This document shows, in pieces, positions 16,814 through 26,761 of a stretch of DNA of 64,000 nt. Each line of letters begins with the position of its first letter. The stretch's first letter is position 1. A program made the translations under genes and the position numbers. Source of the stretch: an uncultured Bacteroidales bacterium (GTDB lineage Bacteria; Bacteroidota; Bacteroidia; Bacteroidales; WCHB1-69); NCBI GenBank assembly GCA_946413585.1, contig CAMKLG010000008.1:7026-71025 (forward strand), read 5' to 3'. The notes beneath the pieces are model-generated. The model worked only from the letters and a program-made list of their open reading frames with translations, was not told the origin of the DNA and searched no databases.

Positions 16814-18008
16814 AGCAGATTTTCCCATATTGAACGAATTGGTTTACGGTAAACCTTTGGTCTATTTGGACAATGCCGCTACCACGCAAAAGCCTCAGGT
16901 TGTGATAGATGCGCTGAACGACTACTACCTGCACATCAACAGCAATATCCATCGCGGTGTGCATTGCCTCAGTCAGCAGGCCACCAACGAATTTGAGCGG
17001 GCGCGCGAGGCGGTGCGGCAGTACATCAACGCGGCTAGCACGCAAGAAGTCATCTTCACGCGCGGAGCCACCGAATCCATCAACCTTGTGGCAGCCTCTT
17101 TTGGTCGTACCTACTTGCAACCCGACGACGAGGTCATCGTTTCCGAAATGGAACACCACTCCAACATCGTTCCGTGGCAGTTAGCCTGCGAAGAACGCGG
17201 GGCAAAGCTCAAAGTTCTCCCGTTTAATGAGCAAGGAGAACTGATAATCAGCAAGTTGGAAACGTTAATTACCGAACGTACCAAAATCGTGGCAGTGGCA
17301 CACGTCTCCAACTCACTGGGTACCATCAACCCCATTGAGAAAATCATCAGCATCGCACACCAACACAATGTGCCTGTACTCATCGACGGGGCGCAGGCAG
17401 TGGCTCACTGTCCTGTGAATGTGCAAGCCCTCGATTGCGACTTCTACTGTTTCTCCGGACATAAGATGTACGCCCCGATGGGCATCGGTGTAATGTACGG
17501 TAAAACACAATGGCTCAACGAGATGCAGCCATACCAAGGCGGCGGTGAGATGATCAAAGACGTGACGTTTGAAAAGACCACCTATAATGAATTGCCCTTC
17601 AAATTTGAAGCCGGAACTCCTTCCGTAGGCGATGTGATTGGACTACGCACCGCTATTGAGTACATTCAAAATGTGGGTTTAGAGAAGATTGCCACATACG
17701 AGCAAGAACTGTTAACCTACACTGCCGAAAAACTGTCAAAAATTGACGGTATGCGATTCATCGGGGAAGCAGCGCAGAAAACGGGTGTCATCTCGTTCCT
17801 GGTGAGCGACATCCATCCATACGACATGGGCGTTCTCCTTGATCATCAAGGAATTGCGGTGCGCACGGGACACCACTGCACACAACCCATTATGACCCAT
17901 TTCGGTATTCCAGGCACCGTCCGCGCCTCCTTTGCTCTCTACAACACGTTTGAGGAGGCCGACAAGTTAGTTGAAGCGGTTATCAAAGCCAAAAATATGT
18001 TGATGTAA
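16806..18008 (+). CDS. sufS: Cysteine desulfurase, SufS-like (class V aminotransferase)
   Basis: YLDNAATTQKP...FSGHKMYAPMGIG (PLP lysine)...RTGHHCTQP (active-site Cys). Confidence 0.9.
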   Translation: MNRADFPILNELVYGKPLVYLDNAATTQKPQVVIDALNDYYLHINSNIHRGVHCLSQQATNEFERAREAVRQYINAASTQEVIFTRGATESINLVAASFGRTYLQPDDEVIVSEMEHHSNIVPWQLACEERGAKLKVLPFNEQGELIISKLETLITERTKIVAVAHVSNSLGTINPIEKIISIAHQHNVPVLIDGAQAVAHCPVNVQALDCDFYCFSGHKMYAPMGIGVMYGKTQWLNEMQPYQGGGEMIKDVTFEKTTYNELPFKFEAGTPSVGDVIGLRTAIEYIQNVGLEKIATYEQELLTYTAEKLSKIDGMRFIGEAAQKTGVISFLVSDIHPYDMGVLLDHQGIAVRTGHHCTQPIMTHFGIPGTVRASFALYNTFEEADKLVEAVIKAKNMLM

Positions 18009-18052
18009 TGGCGGTTAGCCGTTAGCTAAAAGCCAAAAAAACAAGAAACAAT

Positions 18053-18841
18053 ATGGATAATACACAAAAACAAACTTTCGCACTCGTCACCGGCGGCAGT
18101 TCCGGAATTGGGTACGCTTACGCGGAAGAATGGGCGCGAAAAGGTTATAACATACTGATTGTCAGTAATCGCGAAGACCTAAACACACAAGCGCAAGAGA
18201 AATTGCAGGCACTGTTCCCGCAACAAAAAGTGCTTGCACGCTACCAAGATTTGACAACGTCAGAGGCCGCACAAGAACTATTCGACTACTGCGAAAGCGA
18301 GAAAATCATTGTGGAAGTACTAGTCAACAACGCGGGAATGTTCTATTTCGGGGCAGCGGTGGAAAAACCCGTCGCGTTGAGCCACAAAATGACGATGTTG
18401 CACTGCACAACGCCCGCAGACTTATGCGTGCTATTCGGCAAAGCGATGAAAGATCGCGGTTGCGGCTACATTCTCAACGCTGCTTCTATCACTGCCTTCA
18501 TGAGCTTCCCGACCATCGCCACCTACCAGGCTTCCAAATCCTACCTACTGAAATTTTCCAAAGGAATCCACTATGAATTAAGTCATTACGGAGTAAAAGT
18601 ATGCTGTGTTTGTCCCGGTGCAGTGGATACAGATCTCTACAACTTACCTGTGAAAATGCGGAAGCGTTTACGCGCTATCGGGGTGATGTTGTCGCCTGAA
18701 CAAATTGCAAAACGCGGGGTAAGGGCAACTTTGCACGGCCGGAAAACCAAAATTCCAGGTGCTATCAACTACTTTTTCCTCCTACTCTGTTTTCTATTGC
18801 CAGGATTTGTCATTAACTTGGTAAAAAAGAAGTTTGTATAA
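18053..18841 (+). CDS. SDR family oxidoreductase
   Basis: ALVTGGSSGIGYAYA is a TGxxxGxG motif. YQASKSY is a YxxxK motif. Confidence 0.85.
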   Translation: MDNTQKQTFALVTGGSSGIGYAYAEEWARKGYNILIVSNREDLNTQAQEKLQALFPQQKVLARYQDLTTSEAAQELFDYCESEKIIVEVLVNNAGMFYFGAAVEKPVALSHKMTMLHCTTPADLCVLFGKAMKDRGCGYILNAASITAFMSFPTIATYQASKSYLLKFSKGIHYELSHYGVKVCCVCPGAVDTDLYNLPVKMRKRLRAIGVMLSPEQIAKRGVRATLHGRKTKIPGAINYFFLLLCFLLPGFVINLVKKKFV

Positions 18842-18880
18842 ACTTTTCCGCTCCAAACCCGTCTGTGTACTAAAAAATTG

Positions 18881-18888
18881 TATCTTTG
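18881..18888 (+). promoter_or_regulatory. -7 box (TAnnTTTG)
   Basis: tatctttg lies 19 nt upstream of the ATG at 18907. Confidence 0.45.
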
Positions 18889-18906
18889 CATTTTAATATC
18901 AGAATA

Positions 18907-19284
18907 ATGAAAAAAATCCTCTATTTCAGCGCCATTATCTGCTTATTTGCCGGCTGCCAAGCTCAAAAAGGGTTGGTTTCTATTGACAAAGAGACCAATG
19001 AAATCGTTCTATCAAAAGGTCAATCCTGTGAAATTGAGTTCATTACCAATGCTTCAACAGGTTATTGGTGGCACTTCATCAACGAAAATGAGGTCAATAT
19101 AGTGAAGAGCGTCGGTGATCGTTACGTCAGCACCGCGCCGAAAGGGATGGTGGGAGCCTCCAGTCATCGATTCTGGAAATTTGAAGCGGTGGATAAAGGC
19201 ACTCAGACCCTGCATTTTGTGTATGCGCGCGACAATGTTGACGAAGCAATCCGGACGCGCGATGTCACTATTACCGTCAAGTAG
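18907..19284 (+). CDS. Chagasin/ICP family (I42) cysteine-peptidase inhibitor, lipoprotein
   Basis: Lipobox LFAGC. NASTGYWWHF...GMVGASSHRFWKFEAVDKGTQTLHFVYAR resembles chagasin-family motifs. Confidence 0.7.
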   Translation: MKKILYFSAIICLFAGCQAQKGLVSIDKETNEIVLSKGQSCEIEFITNASTGYWWHFINENEVNIVKSVGDRYVSTAPKGMVGASSHRFWKFEAVDKGTQTLHFVYARDNVDEAIRTRDVTITVK

Positions 19285-19286
19285 AG

Positions 19287-20501
19287 ATGCCTACAATACG
19301 GGTTTCCATTCCCGCCATGGACGAGCTCAATTATCTGCCCGTCACTTTAGATGCGCTCTCCCAACAAAAAACAAACAGTACATTTGAGGTTTATATATGC
19401 GTGAATCAGCCCGATAATTATTGGGCTGATGCTACAAAGAGCACCATCTGCGAACATAATCGCTTACTGCTTGAATACCTTCATCATTATCAATTTTTAA
19501 CACTCCATGTTTTAGACTATTCCTCCCCTGGGAAAGGGTGGGTAGGTAAAAAAACCGGCGTTGGTTTCGCTCGTAAAGTGCTGTTTGAGAAAATCTTATC
19601 CGCATCCGAACCTGACGACCTCATCGTCAGCTTAGATGCGGACACTTATGTCGAACCCGACTATTTGGAGTCCATTGCTTCCCCTTTCCTGAAAAACAAA
19701 AGTCTTAATGCATTAGCGGTACCCTATTATCATCGTTTAGACCCACAAGATGAAACTTGCAATCGAACAATGCTCCGTTACGAACTTTATATGCGAAATT
19801 ATGCGATTAACTTGTTGAAAATCAACAGTCCGTATGGTTTCACCGCATTAGGTTCAGCCATTGTGATGCGTGCTTCCGCATTGCGCAAAATCGGGAATAT
19901 CACCCCTTTGCAAAGCGGTGAGGACTTCTATCTCGTCCAAAAATTCTGCAAAATGGGTGGTTTAAGTCTTTTTAACACTGGGTGCGTCTATCCTGCCAGC
20001 CGTTTTTCTGATCGTGTACCGTTCGGTACCGGACCTGCCATGATACAGGGATCGAAGGGTATTTGGGACAGTTATCCCATCTATCCTTATACTTGCTTTG
20101 CTCCAATCCATGAAGCATATACACACCTTCACGACATTTTTGACAATAATATTATCATAACCGACAACGATTTCCTTTCTTTTTTGCAGAAAGACAATAA
20201 GAAACAAGATATTTGGCAGGACATCCGAAAAAACGTCTCCGACTATCCTCATTTTGTGAAAGCCTTCCATCAAAAAGCAGACGGGCTCCGACTCCTGCAA
20301 TATGTTCGCACAAAACAACGACAACTACCTATTAAAGAAGAAGTTGCACTTTTTCAAAATCTTCAGAAGTGGATTCCGAACCAATGTCCCTCCTGGTTTT
20401 CTCCCTCTATATCGCTAAGCCAATATTCCATCCAACAACTGAATTCAATACGTGATTTACTTTTTCATTTGGAACAAATTCTACGAAGAGAATATGGATG
20501 A
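19287..20501 (+). CDS. Glycosyltransferase family 2-like
   Basis: The N-terminus IPAMDELNYLPVTLDALSQQ...FEVYICVNQ and the SLDADTYVEP (DxD-type) motif. Confidence 0.7.
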   Translation: MPTIRVSIPAMDELNYLPVTLDALSQQKTNSTFEVYICVNQPDNYWADATKSTICEHNRLLLEYLHHYQFLTLHVLDYSSPGKGWVGKKTGVGFARKVLFEKILSASEPDDLIVSLDADTYVEPDYLESIASPFLKNKSLNALAVPYYHRLDPQDETCNRTMLRYELYMRNYAINLLKINSPYGFTALGSAIVMRASALRKIGNITPLQSGEDFYLVQKFCKMGGLSLFNTGCVYPASRFSDRVPFGTGPAMIQGSKGIWDSYPIYPYTCFAPIHEAYTHLHDIFDNNIIITDNDFLSFLQKDNKKQDIWQDIRKNVSDYPHFVKAFHQKADGLRLLQYVRTKQRQLPIKEEVALFQNLQKWIPNQCPSWFSPSISLSQYSIQQLNSIRDLLFHLEQILRREYG

Positions 20502-20575
20502 TTACCGTAATCTATTGTTCCTTTATCTTTAACTCTATCATGGCACGTGTTATTATACTCATTACGTATTAAAAA

Positions 20576-20671
20576 TGACCATCATTTGCATAAGAATGAC
20601 ATACTAATGTATTTTTTGGTCATTTTAACCATAAAAATAACCTTTTGTCATTTTTATAGTGTTTTTTGACA
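20576..20671. promoter_or_regulatory. Phased TGACC/TGACA/TGTCA half-site array upstream of the LytTR regulator
   Basis: Half-sites start at 20576, 20597, 20618 (inverted), 20646 and 20667, giving spacings of 21, 21, 28 and 21 bp. One more (cgtcac) is at 20717. Confidence 0.4.
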
Positions 20672-20774
20672 TTAATAGATTCATTGATGCAAAAATAACT
20701 CCATAAACCTTACTTACGTCACATTTTTCTCAAAAACACGGGCTCTCAATGAAAAAATTGATTATTTTTACCAC

Positions 20775-21548
20775 ATGAACAGAATCAATATGGAAAAAAA
20801 TAAAAATTTTGAAGTAGTCATTCTTAGTCAAGAGGAAGATAAAATTAACACCTTAAAGGGCTTATTATCAAAATATTATCTACTCAGTATCACAAAAATT
20901 TGTCGGCATGAAGCCGAGGCAATTGAATACTTAAACAACCATAAAGTATCATTGTTTTTTCTGGATATAGAACTATCACCCATCCTTCTTGACATACAAA
21001 AACCACCATTTATAGTTGGACTTTGCAACAAGAAACACGCAAAAACAGTGAAAAAATATCTGAAAATGGGATTTTTTGAATTTTTCTACACACCATTCAC
21101 TGAACGAGAACTCAATGGTATCATGGGCAAAATCATGAATATTTATGGATCTTACAACGCCATCGATCATCAACTGGCTCAACGTATGGAAGAAGAAAAC
21201 CTCAAATATAATGCAGAAGACCCGACACAGAAATCCGTATTCATCCAAGGAACACGAAATGAGGAATCAATACGCATTTATTTCGATAACGTACTGTATC
21301 TTAAGAAAGTAGAGAATCAAGTGTGTGTCTATTTTAAAGAAGGATACCGAAAATATTTCCATAGCAACCTAAAGATGTTCCATGCCAAATTTCCTAAGTC
21401 AAAATTCAAAAAAATCAACCGCACTGTAGTGGTCAATATGGATAATGTTACCGGTGTGATGAAAAACCGCATTCTGATTGCCGACAATTCCAGTTTTGAA
21501 ATCACACGCTCATTCAAAAAAGCTTTCAAAGAGTCCTTATCAAAATAA
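20775..21548 (+). CDS. LytTR-family DNA-binding regulator with a degenerate receiver-like N-terminal domain
   Basis: The C-terminus IRIYFDNVLYLKKVENQVCVYFKEGYRKYFHSNLKMFHAKFPKSKFKKINRTVVVNMDNV is a LytTR domain. The N-terminus is REC-like but lacks the usual acidic DD pocket. No histidine kinase is adjacent. Confidence 0.75.
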   Translation: MNRINMEKNKNFEVVILSQEEDKINTLKGLLSKYYLLSITKICRHEAEAIEYLNNHKVSLFFLDIELSPILLDIQKPPFIVGLCNKKHAKTVKKYLKMGFFEFFYTPFTERELNGIMGKIMNIYGSYNAIDHQLAQRMEEENLKYNAEDPTQKSVFIQGTRNEESIRIYFDNVLYLKKVENQVCVYFKEGYRKYFHSNLKMFHAKFPKSKFKKINRTVVVNMDNVTGVMKNRILIADNSSFEITRSFKKAFKESLSK

Positions 21549-21626
21549 AGGTTCTACCTTGTGGGAGCCAAAATGCAAAAAGCATTTGAGGGCAAAGAAA
21601 AAACAACAATAGTGCCAGTTTTTTTG

Positions 21627-21634
21627 TACTTTTG
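21627..21634 (+). promoter_or_regulatory. -7 box (TAnnTTTG)
   Basis: tacttttg lies about 30 nt upstream of the ATG at 21665. Confidence 0.45.
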
Positions 21635-21664
21635 CCGCCTTTTTGTATTTGGACTGAAATATAT

Positions 21665-24139
21665 ATGTTATATCCCGATAATTTTGAAGAGAAAATCGGT
21701 TTTGATACAGTGCGGCGGCTTATTTTGGCGCATTGTCTAAGCCCTCAAGGTGCAGAAGCGGTAGATCGTATGCAGTTCATGACAGACATGCTTCAGATTC
21801 TGCCGGCTTTGGAAGCTGTAGAGGAGTTCCGGCAACTGCTTCTTTTCGACGAGCCGTTCCCCGCGCAAGACTTTTACGACCTGCGAGCCGTGCTCAAGCA
21901 TCTGCGCGTAGATGGAACATACATTGAACTGGAAGATTTGTCTTGTTTGCGCGGTTTTGTGCAATCCATGACCAACATTTTCGTCTATTTCAAGGTACGG
22001 CACGAAGACAACCGCTATCCACGACTTTGGTCGATGTGCGCGGAGATGCCGTTGCAACGCGACCTGATGGCTGCCATCAACCGCATTTTGGACGACAAAG
22101 GACAGATGCGTGACAATGCCTCCGACGAACTGGCGCACATCAAAGGGGCCATCAACCGCATCTCCCGCGACGCGGACCGGCAAATCCGTAAGATTCTCTC
22201 TGCCGCCAAGCAAGACGGCATCGTGAAGGAAGATGCAGAAATGACTATCCGTAACGGCCGTCTCTGTATTCCTGTTTCTGCACAGTTCAAACGTCGGCTG
22301 CGCGGCTTCGTGCACGATGAATCGGCTACTGGGCAGACCGTTTTCATCGAACCCACCGAAGTGTTTGATGCCAACAACGAACTCAAGGAATTGCAAAATG
22401 CGGAACAACGAGAAATCATCCGCATATTAACGGAAATCTCCACCACCATCCGACCGCTCATCGACGAACTGCTTGAGGCGCAAACGCTGATGGGTCGCTA
22501 CGACTTCCTCCGAGCAAAGGCACTCTTCGCCATTGACATTGATGCTACAGTACCGCATATTCATCCCCAAACGGTCGCGCACTGGCATCAAGCCGTGCAC
22601 CCGCTCCTGCATCTCAACTTCAAGAAAAGCGGTAAGCAAGTCGTGCCTTTGAACATTGAACTCATCCCGGAAAAACGTATTCTGATTATTTCAGGTCCTA
22701 ACGCAGGTGGTAAATCCGTATGCTTGAAAAGCGTTGGTTTACTGCAATATATGATGCAGTGCGGACTGCCTGTTTCTATACAGAGCACTTCCGACATGGG
22801 CATTTTCGAGCATATTTTCATTGACATTGGCGATGAACAATCCATTGAAAACGACTTGAGTACTTACAGTTCTCACTTGCAGAATCTGAAAGTAATGGAC
22901 GAGAACCTCAACGCGAAATCGCTGTTCCTCATCGATGAATTTGGGAGCGGCACTGAGCCTACCTTGGGCGGCGCATTGGCTGAATCCATCCTCGAAAAAT
23001 ACTATGACACAGGGGCTTTCGGCATTATCACCACGCACTATGGCAATCTGAAGATGTTCTCCGACACGCACCCCGAGGCGGAAAACGGTGCTATGCTTTT
23101 CGACACACACGCGCTGAAACCACTCTATATCCTCAAAATTGGTAAGCCAGGCAGCTCCTTCACTTACGAAATTGCCCGTCAAATCGGACTTAATCCACAG
23201 ATTATTGACAATGCCATCCAAAAATCGGGTACCGCTCAAATCGATTACGAACGAAAACTGGAAGAAATCGAAGTAACGCAGATTGAGACGGAACAAAAGC
23301 TCAAGATGGTGCGTGCCGCCGATGACCAACTGGCTCTGATGATTGACGAGTATGCCGAAAAATTTGCATTGCTCGACAAACAGAGAAAAGAAATTCTGAC
23401 CAAGGCCAAAAACCAAGCCAACAGTATCGTAGATAGTGCTAACAAGGTGATTGAAAACACGATACGCGAAATCAAAGAGTCGAAAGCGGATACTCAAAAG
23501 ACAAAACAGGTTCGCGAGGAAGTGAAATCCTTCAAAAAAGAGCTGCAAAAGGAAATTGAGAATGTTGAGAAGGCGGAAGCAGAGGCCGTGAAGCCCATCG
23601 TGCCGATTCACAAGCGCAAACCCGTGGAACGCAAACCAACCGCAGAAGAGATTCAAGACAAGACCATCCGAATTGGAGATTCTGTCTATATGCCTGATTC
23701 TCAAATCGCTGGTGAGGTCACACAGATTGACGGCAACGATGTAATGATTTCTTTCCATTCGGTCAATTTCCGCACCAAGCTGGACAAACTCATCAAAATC
23801 AGCAAGAAGGAAGCCCGAAATGTGGAGCGCGGCAACGTTTCACAATTCAACACAGGCTCCATCGCAGATGCGCTCAACAAGAAATTAGCAGATTTTAACA
23901 CTACTTTGGATGTGCGCGGTCAACGTGCCGAAGAGATGATGCACAATCTGGAAGAGTATTTGGATGAAGCAGAAATGTTGGGTATCAGTAATTTGCGAAT
24001 TCTTCATGGCAAGGGAAACGGTATTTTGCGCAGTGTCGTTCGACAATATTTGGCCAAACGACGGAGTGTGGCAGAATTTCACGACGAGATGTTGGAGCTG
24101 GGCGGCGCTGGCATCACGGTGGTCAAAATGAAGAAATAA
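21665..24139 (+). CDS. mutS2: Endonuclease MutS2 (MutS-like ATPase plus C-terminal Smr domain)
   Basis: Walker A ISGPNAGGKSV. LIDEFGSGTEP. The C-terminal Smr region is LDVRGQRAEEMMHNLEEYLDEA...LRILHGKGNGILR. I chose the start at MLYPDNFEEKIGFD. Confidence 0.92.
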   Translation: MLYPDNFEEKIGFDTVRRLILAHCLSPQGAEAVDRMQFMTDMLQILPALEAVEEFRQLLLFDEPFPAQDFYDLRAVLKHLRVDGTYIELEDLSCLRGFVQSMTNIFVYFKVRHEDNRYPRLWSMCAEMPLQRDLMAAINRILDDKGQMRDNASDELAHIKGAINRISRDADRQIRKILSAAKQDGIVKEDAEMTIRNGRLCIPVSAQFKRRLRGFVHDESATGQTVFIEPTEVFDANNELKELQNAEQREIIRILTEISTTIRPLIDELLEAQTLMGRYDFLRAKALFAIDIDATVPHIHPQTVAHWHQAVHPLLHLNFKKSGKQVVPLNIELIPEKRILIISGPNAGGKSVCLKSVGLLQYMMQCGLPVSIQSTSDMGIFEHIFIDIGDEQSIENDLSTYSSHLQNLKVMDENLNAKSLFLIDEFGSGTEPTLGGALAESILEKYYDTGAFGIITTHYGNLKMFSDTHPEAENGAMLFDTHALKPLYILKIGKPGSSFTYEIARQIGLNPQIIDNAIQKSGTAQIDYERKLEEIEVTQIETEQKLKMVRAADDQLALMIDEYAEKFALLDKQRKEILTKAKNQANSIVDSANKVIENTIREIKESKADTQKTKQVREEVKSFKKELQKEIENVEKAEAEAVKPIVPIHKRKPVERKPTAEEIQDKTIRIGDSVYMPDSQIAGEVTQIDGNDVMISFHSVNFRTKLDKLIKISKKEARNVERGNVSQFNTGSIADALNKKLADFNTTLDVRGQRAEEMMHNLEEYLDEAEMLGISNLRILHGKGNGILRSVVRQYLAKRRSVAEFHDEMLELGGAGITVVKMKK

Positions 24140-24182
24140 CGATTTTTTTTGTATTTTCGCCGCTTTGCTTAAATTGTGAATT

Positions 24183-24878
24183 ATGGCTCAGAAAAAATTC
24201 GCCGTCATTGGCGCAGGGCAGTTCGGTCAGGCTATCAGTTTAGCACTATCGGAAAAGGGTTTCGAAGTGCTGGTGATCGACAAAGACATGAAGAAAGTGC
24301 AGTACATCAGTGATGATGTCGCGTATGCCGTGTGTACGGATGCCACGGACAAACGCGCACTGCTGAACGAAAACATCAAAGATTTTGATGCTGTAATCGT
24401 GGCCATCGGCGACGACTTTGTGGAACGTCTGCTCTGTATCTCTAACCTCATAGATTTGGGAATCGAAAAGATTTTCTGCCGCACAAAGGGCAAACACCAA
24501 CAAACCATTCTGGAAAAGATGGGTATTACGGAATTCCTTTCCCCGGAAGACGAGTTGGCTACCTTGTTGGCTGAACGTCTCAGCAACCCCAACATCCTTT
24601 CTTACTTGCAACTTCCTGATGAGTATCGAATTGCATCCATCATCACACCCGATCGCCTCGAAGGACTCACCCTCGGCGATGTCAACTTCCGTGACAACCA
24701 TCACTTGAGCTTAGTCACCATCCGCCGCAACTTCGAGGAAATTGAAAACAAGGAACTGACAATGAAACAGCACATTATTGGTGTCCCTGACAATTCAACG
24801 GTGATTCGTAAAGGCGATGTTTTTGTTTTGTTCGGCAAAGATCGTGACATAGATAACTTCATCAAAATCAATTTGTAA
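24183..24878 (+). CDS. trkA: Trk system potassium uptake protein TrkA (NAD-binding)
   Basis: FAVIGAGQFGQAISLAL is a Rossmann GxGxxG motif, followed by a TrkA-C-like C-terminus. It is coupled to trkH (TAATG). Confidence 0.85.
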   Translation: MAQKKFAVIGAGQFGQAISLALSEKGFEVLVIDKDMKKVQYISDDVAYAVCTDATDKRALLNENIKDFDAVIVAIGDDFVERLLCISNLIDLGIEKIFCRTKGKHQQTILEKMGITEFLSPEDELATLLAERLSNPNILSYLQLPDEYRIASIITPDRLEGLTLGDVNFRDNHHLSLVTIRRNFEEIENKELTMKQHIIGVPDNSTVIRKGDVFVLFGKDRDIDNFIKINL

Positions 24879-26680
24879 TGCCCTTTTTCGGAAACCACGA
24901 CGAATACAACGGCAAACGTCGAATCCACATTGCCACTTACAAGGACCGTATTCAGCGGATCTTGCAAATTTGCAGTTTGCTGGTTTCCATCGTGACCATT
25001 ACCTGCATTTTCTGCTATCATGGTCTATACATCACTCCCCAAGTCAAAAATCTGATCCGTTTCCTTATCCACGGCAGCCTTTTCTTCTATGTGGCGAAAT
25101 ATTTCACTTTGATGTTCTATTCGTTGCATCGAGGGCAGTTCCTGAAACATTCGTGGGTCGAATTCATCATTATTCTCATCCTGATTATCCAATTTATCTC
25201 CATCAATGTTTTCCACGTTGACATTGTGGATGCCCATAATTTCGAAAATCTCTATCTGATATTCATTCAATTCTACTTTTTGATTATCGTTTTGATAGAG
25301 ATGGCCAAAATGAGCAGTTCCTTAGGGAATTATCACCTCAGCCCACCCATTTTGATGGTCGTGTCGTTCCTGTTTTTGATTACAATGGGTACCATCTTGC
25401 TGATGATGCCGCGTATGACGACGAACGGGATCTCCTTCATTGATGCCTTATTCACGGCAACGAGCGCCAGTTGCATCACGGGACTTTCCGTGGTGAGCAC
25501 CTCCGCATGCTTCACCTTCAAAGGTCAAGTGGTCATCTTGGTACTCATACAGTTAGGTGGTATGAGCATCCTCTCTTTCGCTACGTTTTTCTCCACTTTC
25601 CTGTCTCGTTCTTTAATCGGTTTGCGGTATCAGTACATGATTCGCGACATGATGTCTTCCGACCGCCTTTCCGACTCCGTATCATTGTTGCGAAGCATCG
25701 TGTTAACGACTTTCATCATCGAGGCGGCGGGCGTTGCTTTAATGTTCACCTATTGGAAATCCACCGGATTCTTCCTTTCCGACAAACAAAATCTGTTTTT
25801 CTCTATCTTCTACACTGTTTCAGCCTTCAATAACGGCGGTTTTGTGCTTATTGACGACAGTCTGCTGAATTTAGGCAGCCAAGGCAGCTACTTCCCGCAG
25901 GTGGTCATCATGGGATTGGTATTTCTGGGCGGCATCGGATTCGTTACCATCCGCGACTTTTTCAGTTACCGCTACATCCGCGAGCGCAACAAATACCATT
26001 GGAAAACACTGATGCCCCAGACCAAAATCGTGCTTTATGTCACGTTTTTCATCATCGGTGTGGGAAGTGTACTCTTCTTCCTTCTGGAATACAATGGTGT
26101 GCTAAAAGATATCAATGGCTTTGGAAATAAGGTATTTACGACCGTATTCCAGATTGCGACGTGTCGAACTTCTGGATTTAATGTGTTGGATATCAATGCC
26201 ATGCGTCTTTCTACCATCTTTTTGATTCTGTTAGCGATCTTTATCGGTGGCTCCCCCAGCTCCACAGGCGGCGGTATCAAGACCACCACGCTGTTCATTG
26301 TCTTGAAATCCGTGATTGCCACGATTCAAGGTAAGAAAAACATCGAATTTGAACGTAAATCGATTTCGCCTTTATTGGTGGAAAAAGCAACCACCATTAT
26401 GATGATGACGGTTTCATTCATCGTTTTTTCCTGCTTCCTCTTGACAGTGGTGCAACCGGATGTGGAACTGTTGCCTGCCATGTTTGAAACGGCCTCTGCC
26501 TTCACCACTTGTGGTCTATCCACAGGAGAGTGCGCCAACTGGAACTGGATGGCCAAACTTGTCCTTATCATCAATATGTATTGCGGACGTATCGGCACCT
26601 TGACGATGGCTTTTGCGCTTACCCGTCACAAGAAAGAATCCCCTCATCAATATCCCGATTTGTATATCATGTTGGGTTAG
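24878..26680 (+). CDS. trkH: TrkH family potassium transporter
   Basis: Polytopic membrane protein. The motifs TASCITGLSV, FNNGGF, TSGFN and SPSSTGGGIKTTT are selectivity-filter-like repeats. Confidence 0.88.
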   Translation: MPFFGNHDEYNGKRRIHIATYKDRIQRILQICSLLVSIVTITCIFCYHGLYITPQVKNLIRFLIHGSLFFYVAKYFTLMFYSLHRGQFLKHSWVEFIIILILIIQFISINVFHVDIVDAHNFENLYLIFIQFYFLIIVLIEMAKMSSSLGNYHLSPPILMVVSFLFLITMGTILLMMPRMTTNGISFIDALFTATSASCITGLSVVSTSACFTFKGQVVILVLIQLGGMSILSFATFFSTFLSRSLIGLRYQYMIRDMMSSDRLSDSVSLLRSIVLTTFIIEAAGVALMFTYWKSTGFFLSDKQNLFFSIFYTVSAFNNGGFVLIDDSLLNLGSQGSYFPQVVIMGLVFLGGIGFVTIRDFFSYRYIRERNKYHWKTLMPQTKIVLYVTFFIIGVGSVLFFLLEYNGVLKDINGFGNKVFTTVFQIATCRTSGFNVLDINAMRLSTIFLILLAIFIGGSPSSTGGGIKTTTLFIVLKSVIATIQGKKNIEFERKSISPLLVEKATTIMMMTVSFIVFSCFLLTVVQPDVELLPAMFETASAFTTCGLSTGECANWNWMAKLVLIINMYCGRIGTLTMAFALTRHKKESPHQYPDLYIMLG

Positions 26681-26732
26681 AGAATTTTTCAAAACACCGC
26701 CGCCGCCTTTCTCTCCGTAAGAGAAATTATTG

Positions 26733-26740
26733 TATCTTTG
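26733..26740 (+). promoter_or_regulatory. -7 box (TAnnTTTG)
   Basis: tatctttg lies 22 nt upstream of the ATG at 26762. Confidence 0.45.
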
Positions 26741-26761
26741 CCGCCTCAATTATTTGACAAA

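Noticed and set aside
22739-23758. 339-aa antisense ORF inside mutS2 (also 21737..22408 and 22015..22461)
   Set aside because: mutS2 on the plus strand has unambiguous Walker and Smr motifs. The antisense frames are low-complexity shadows.
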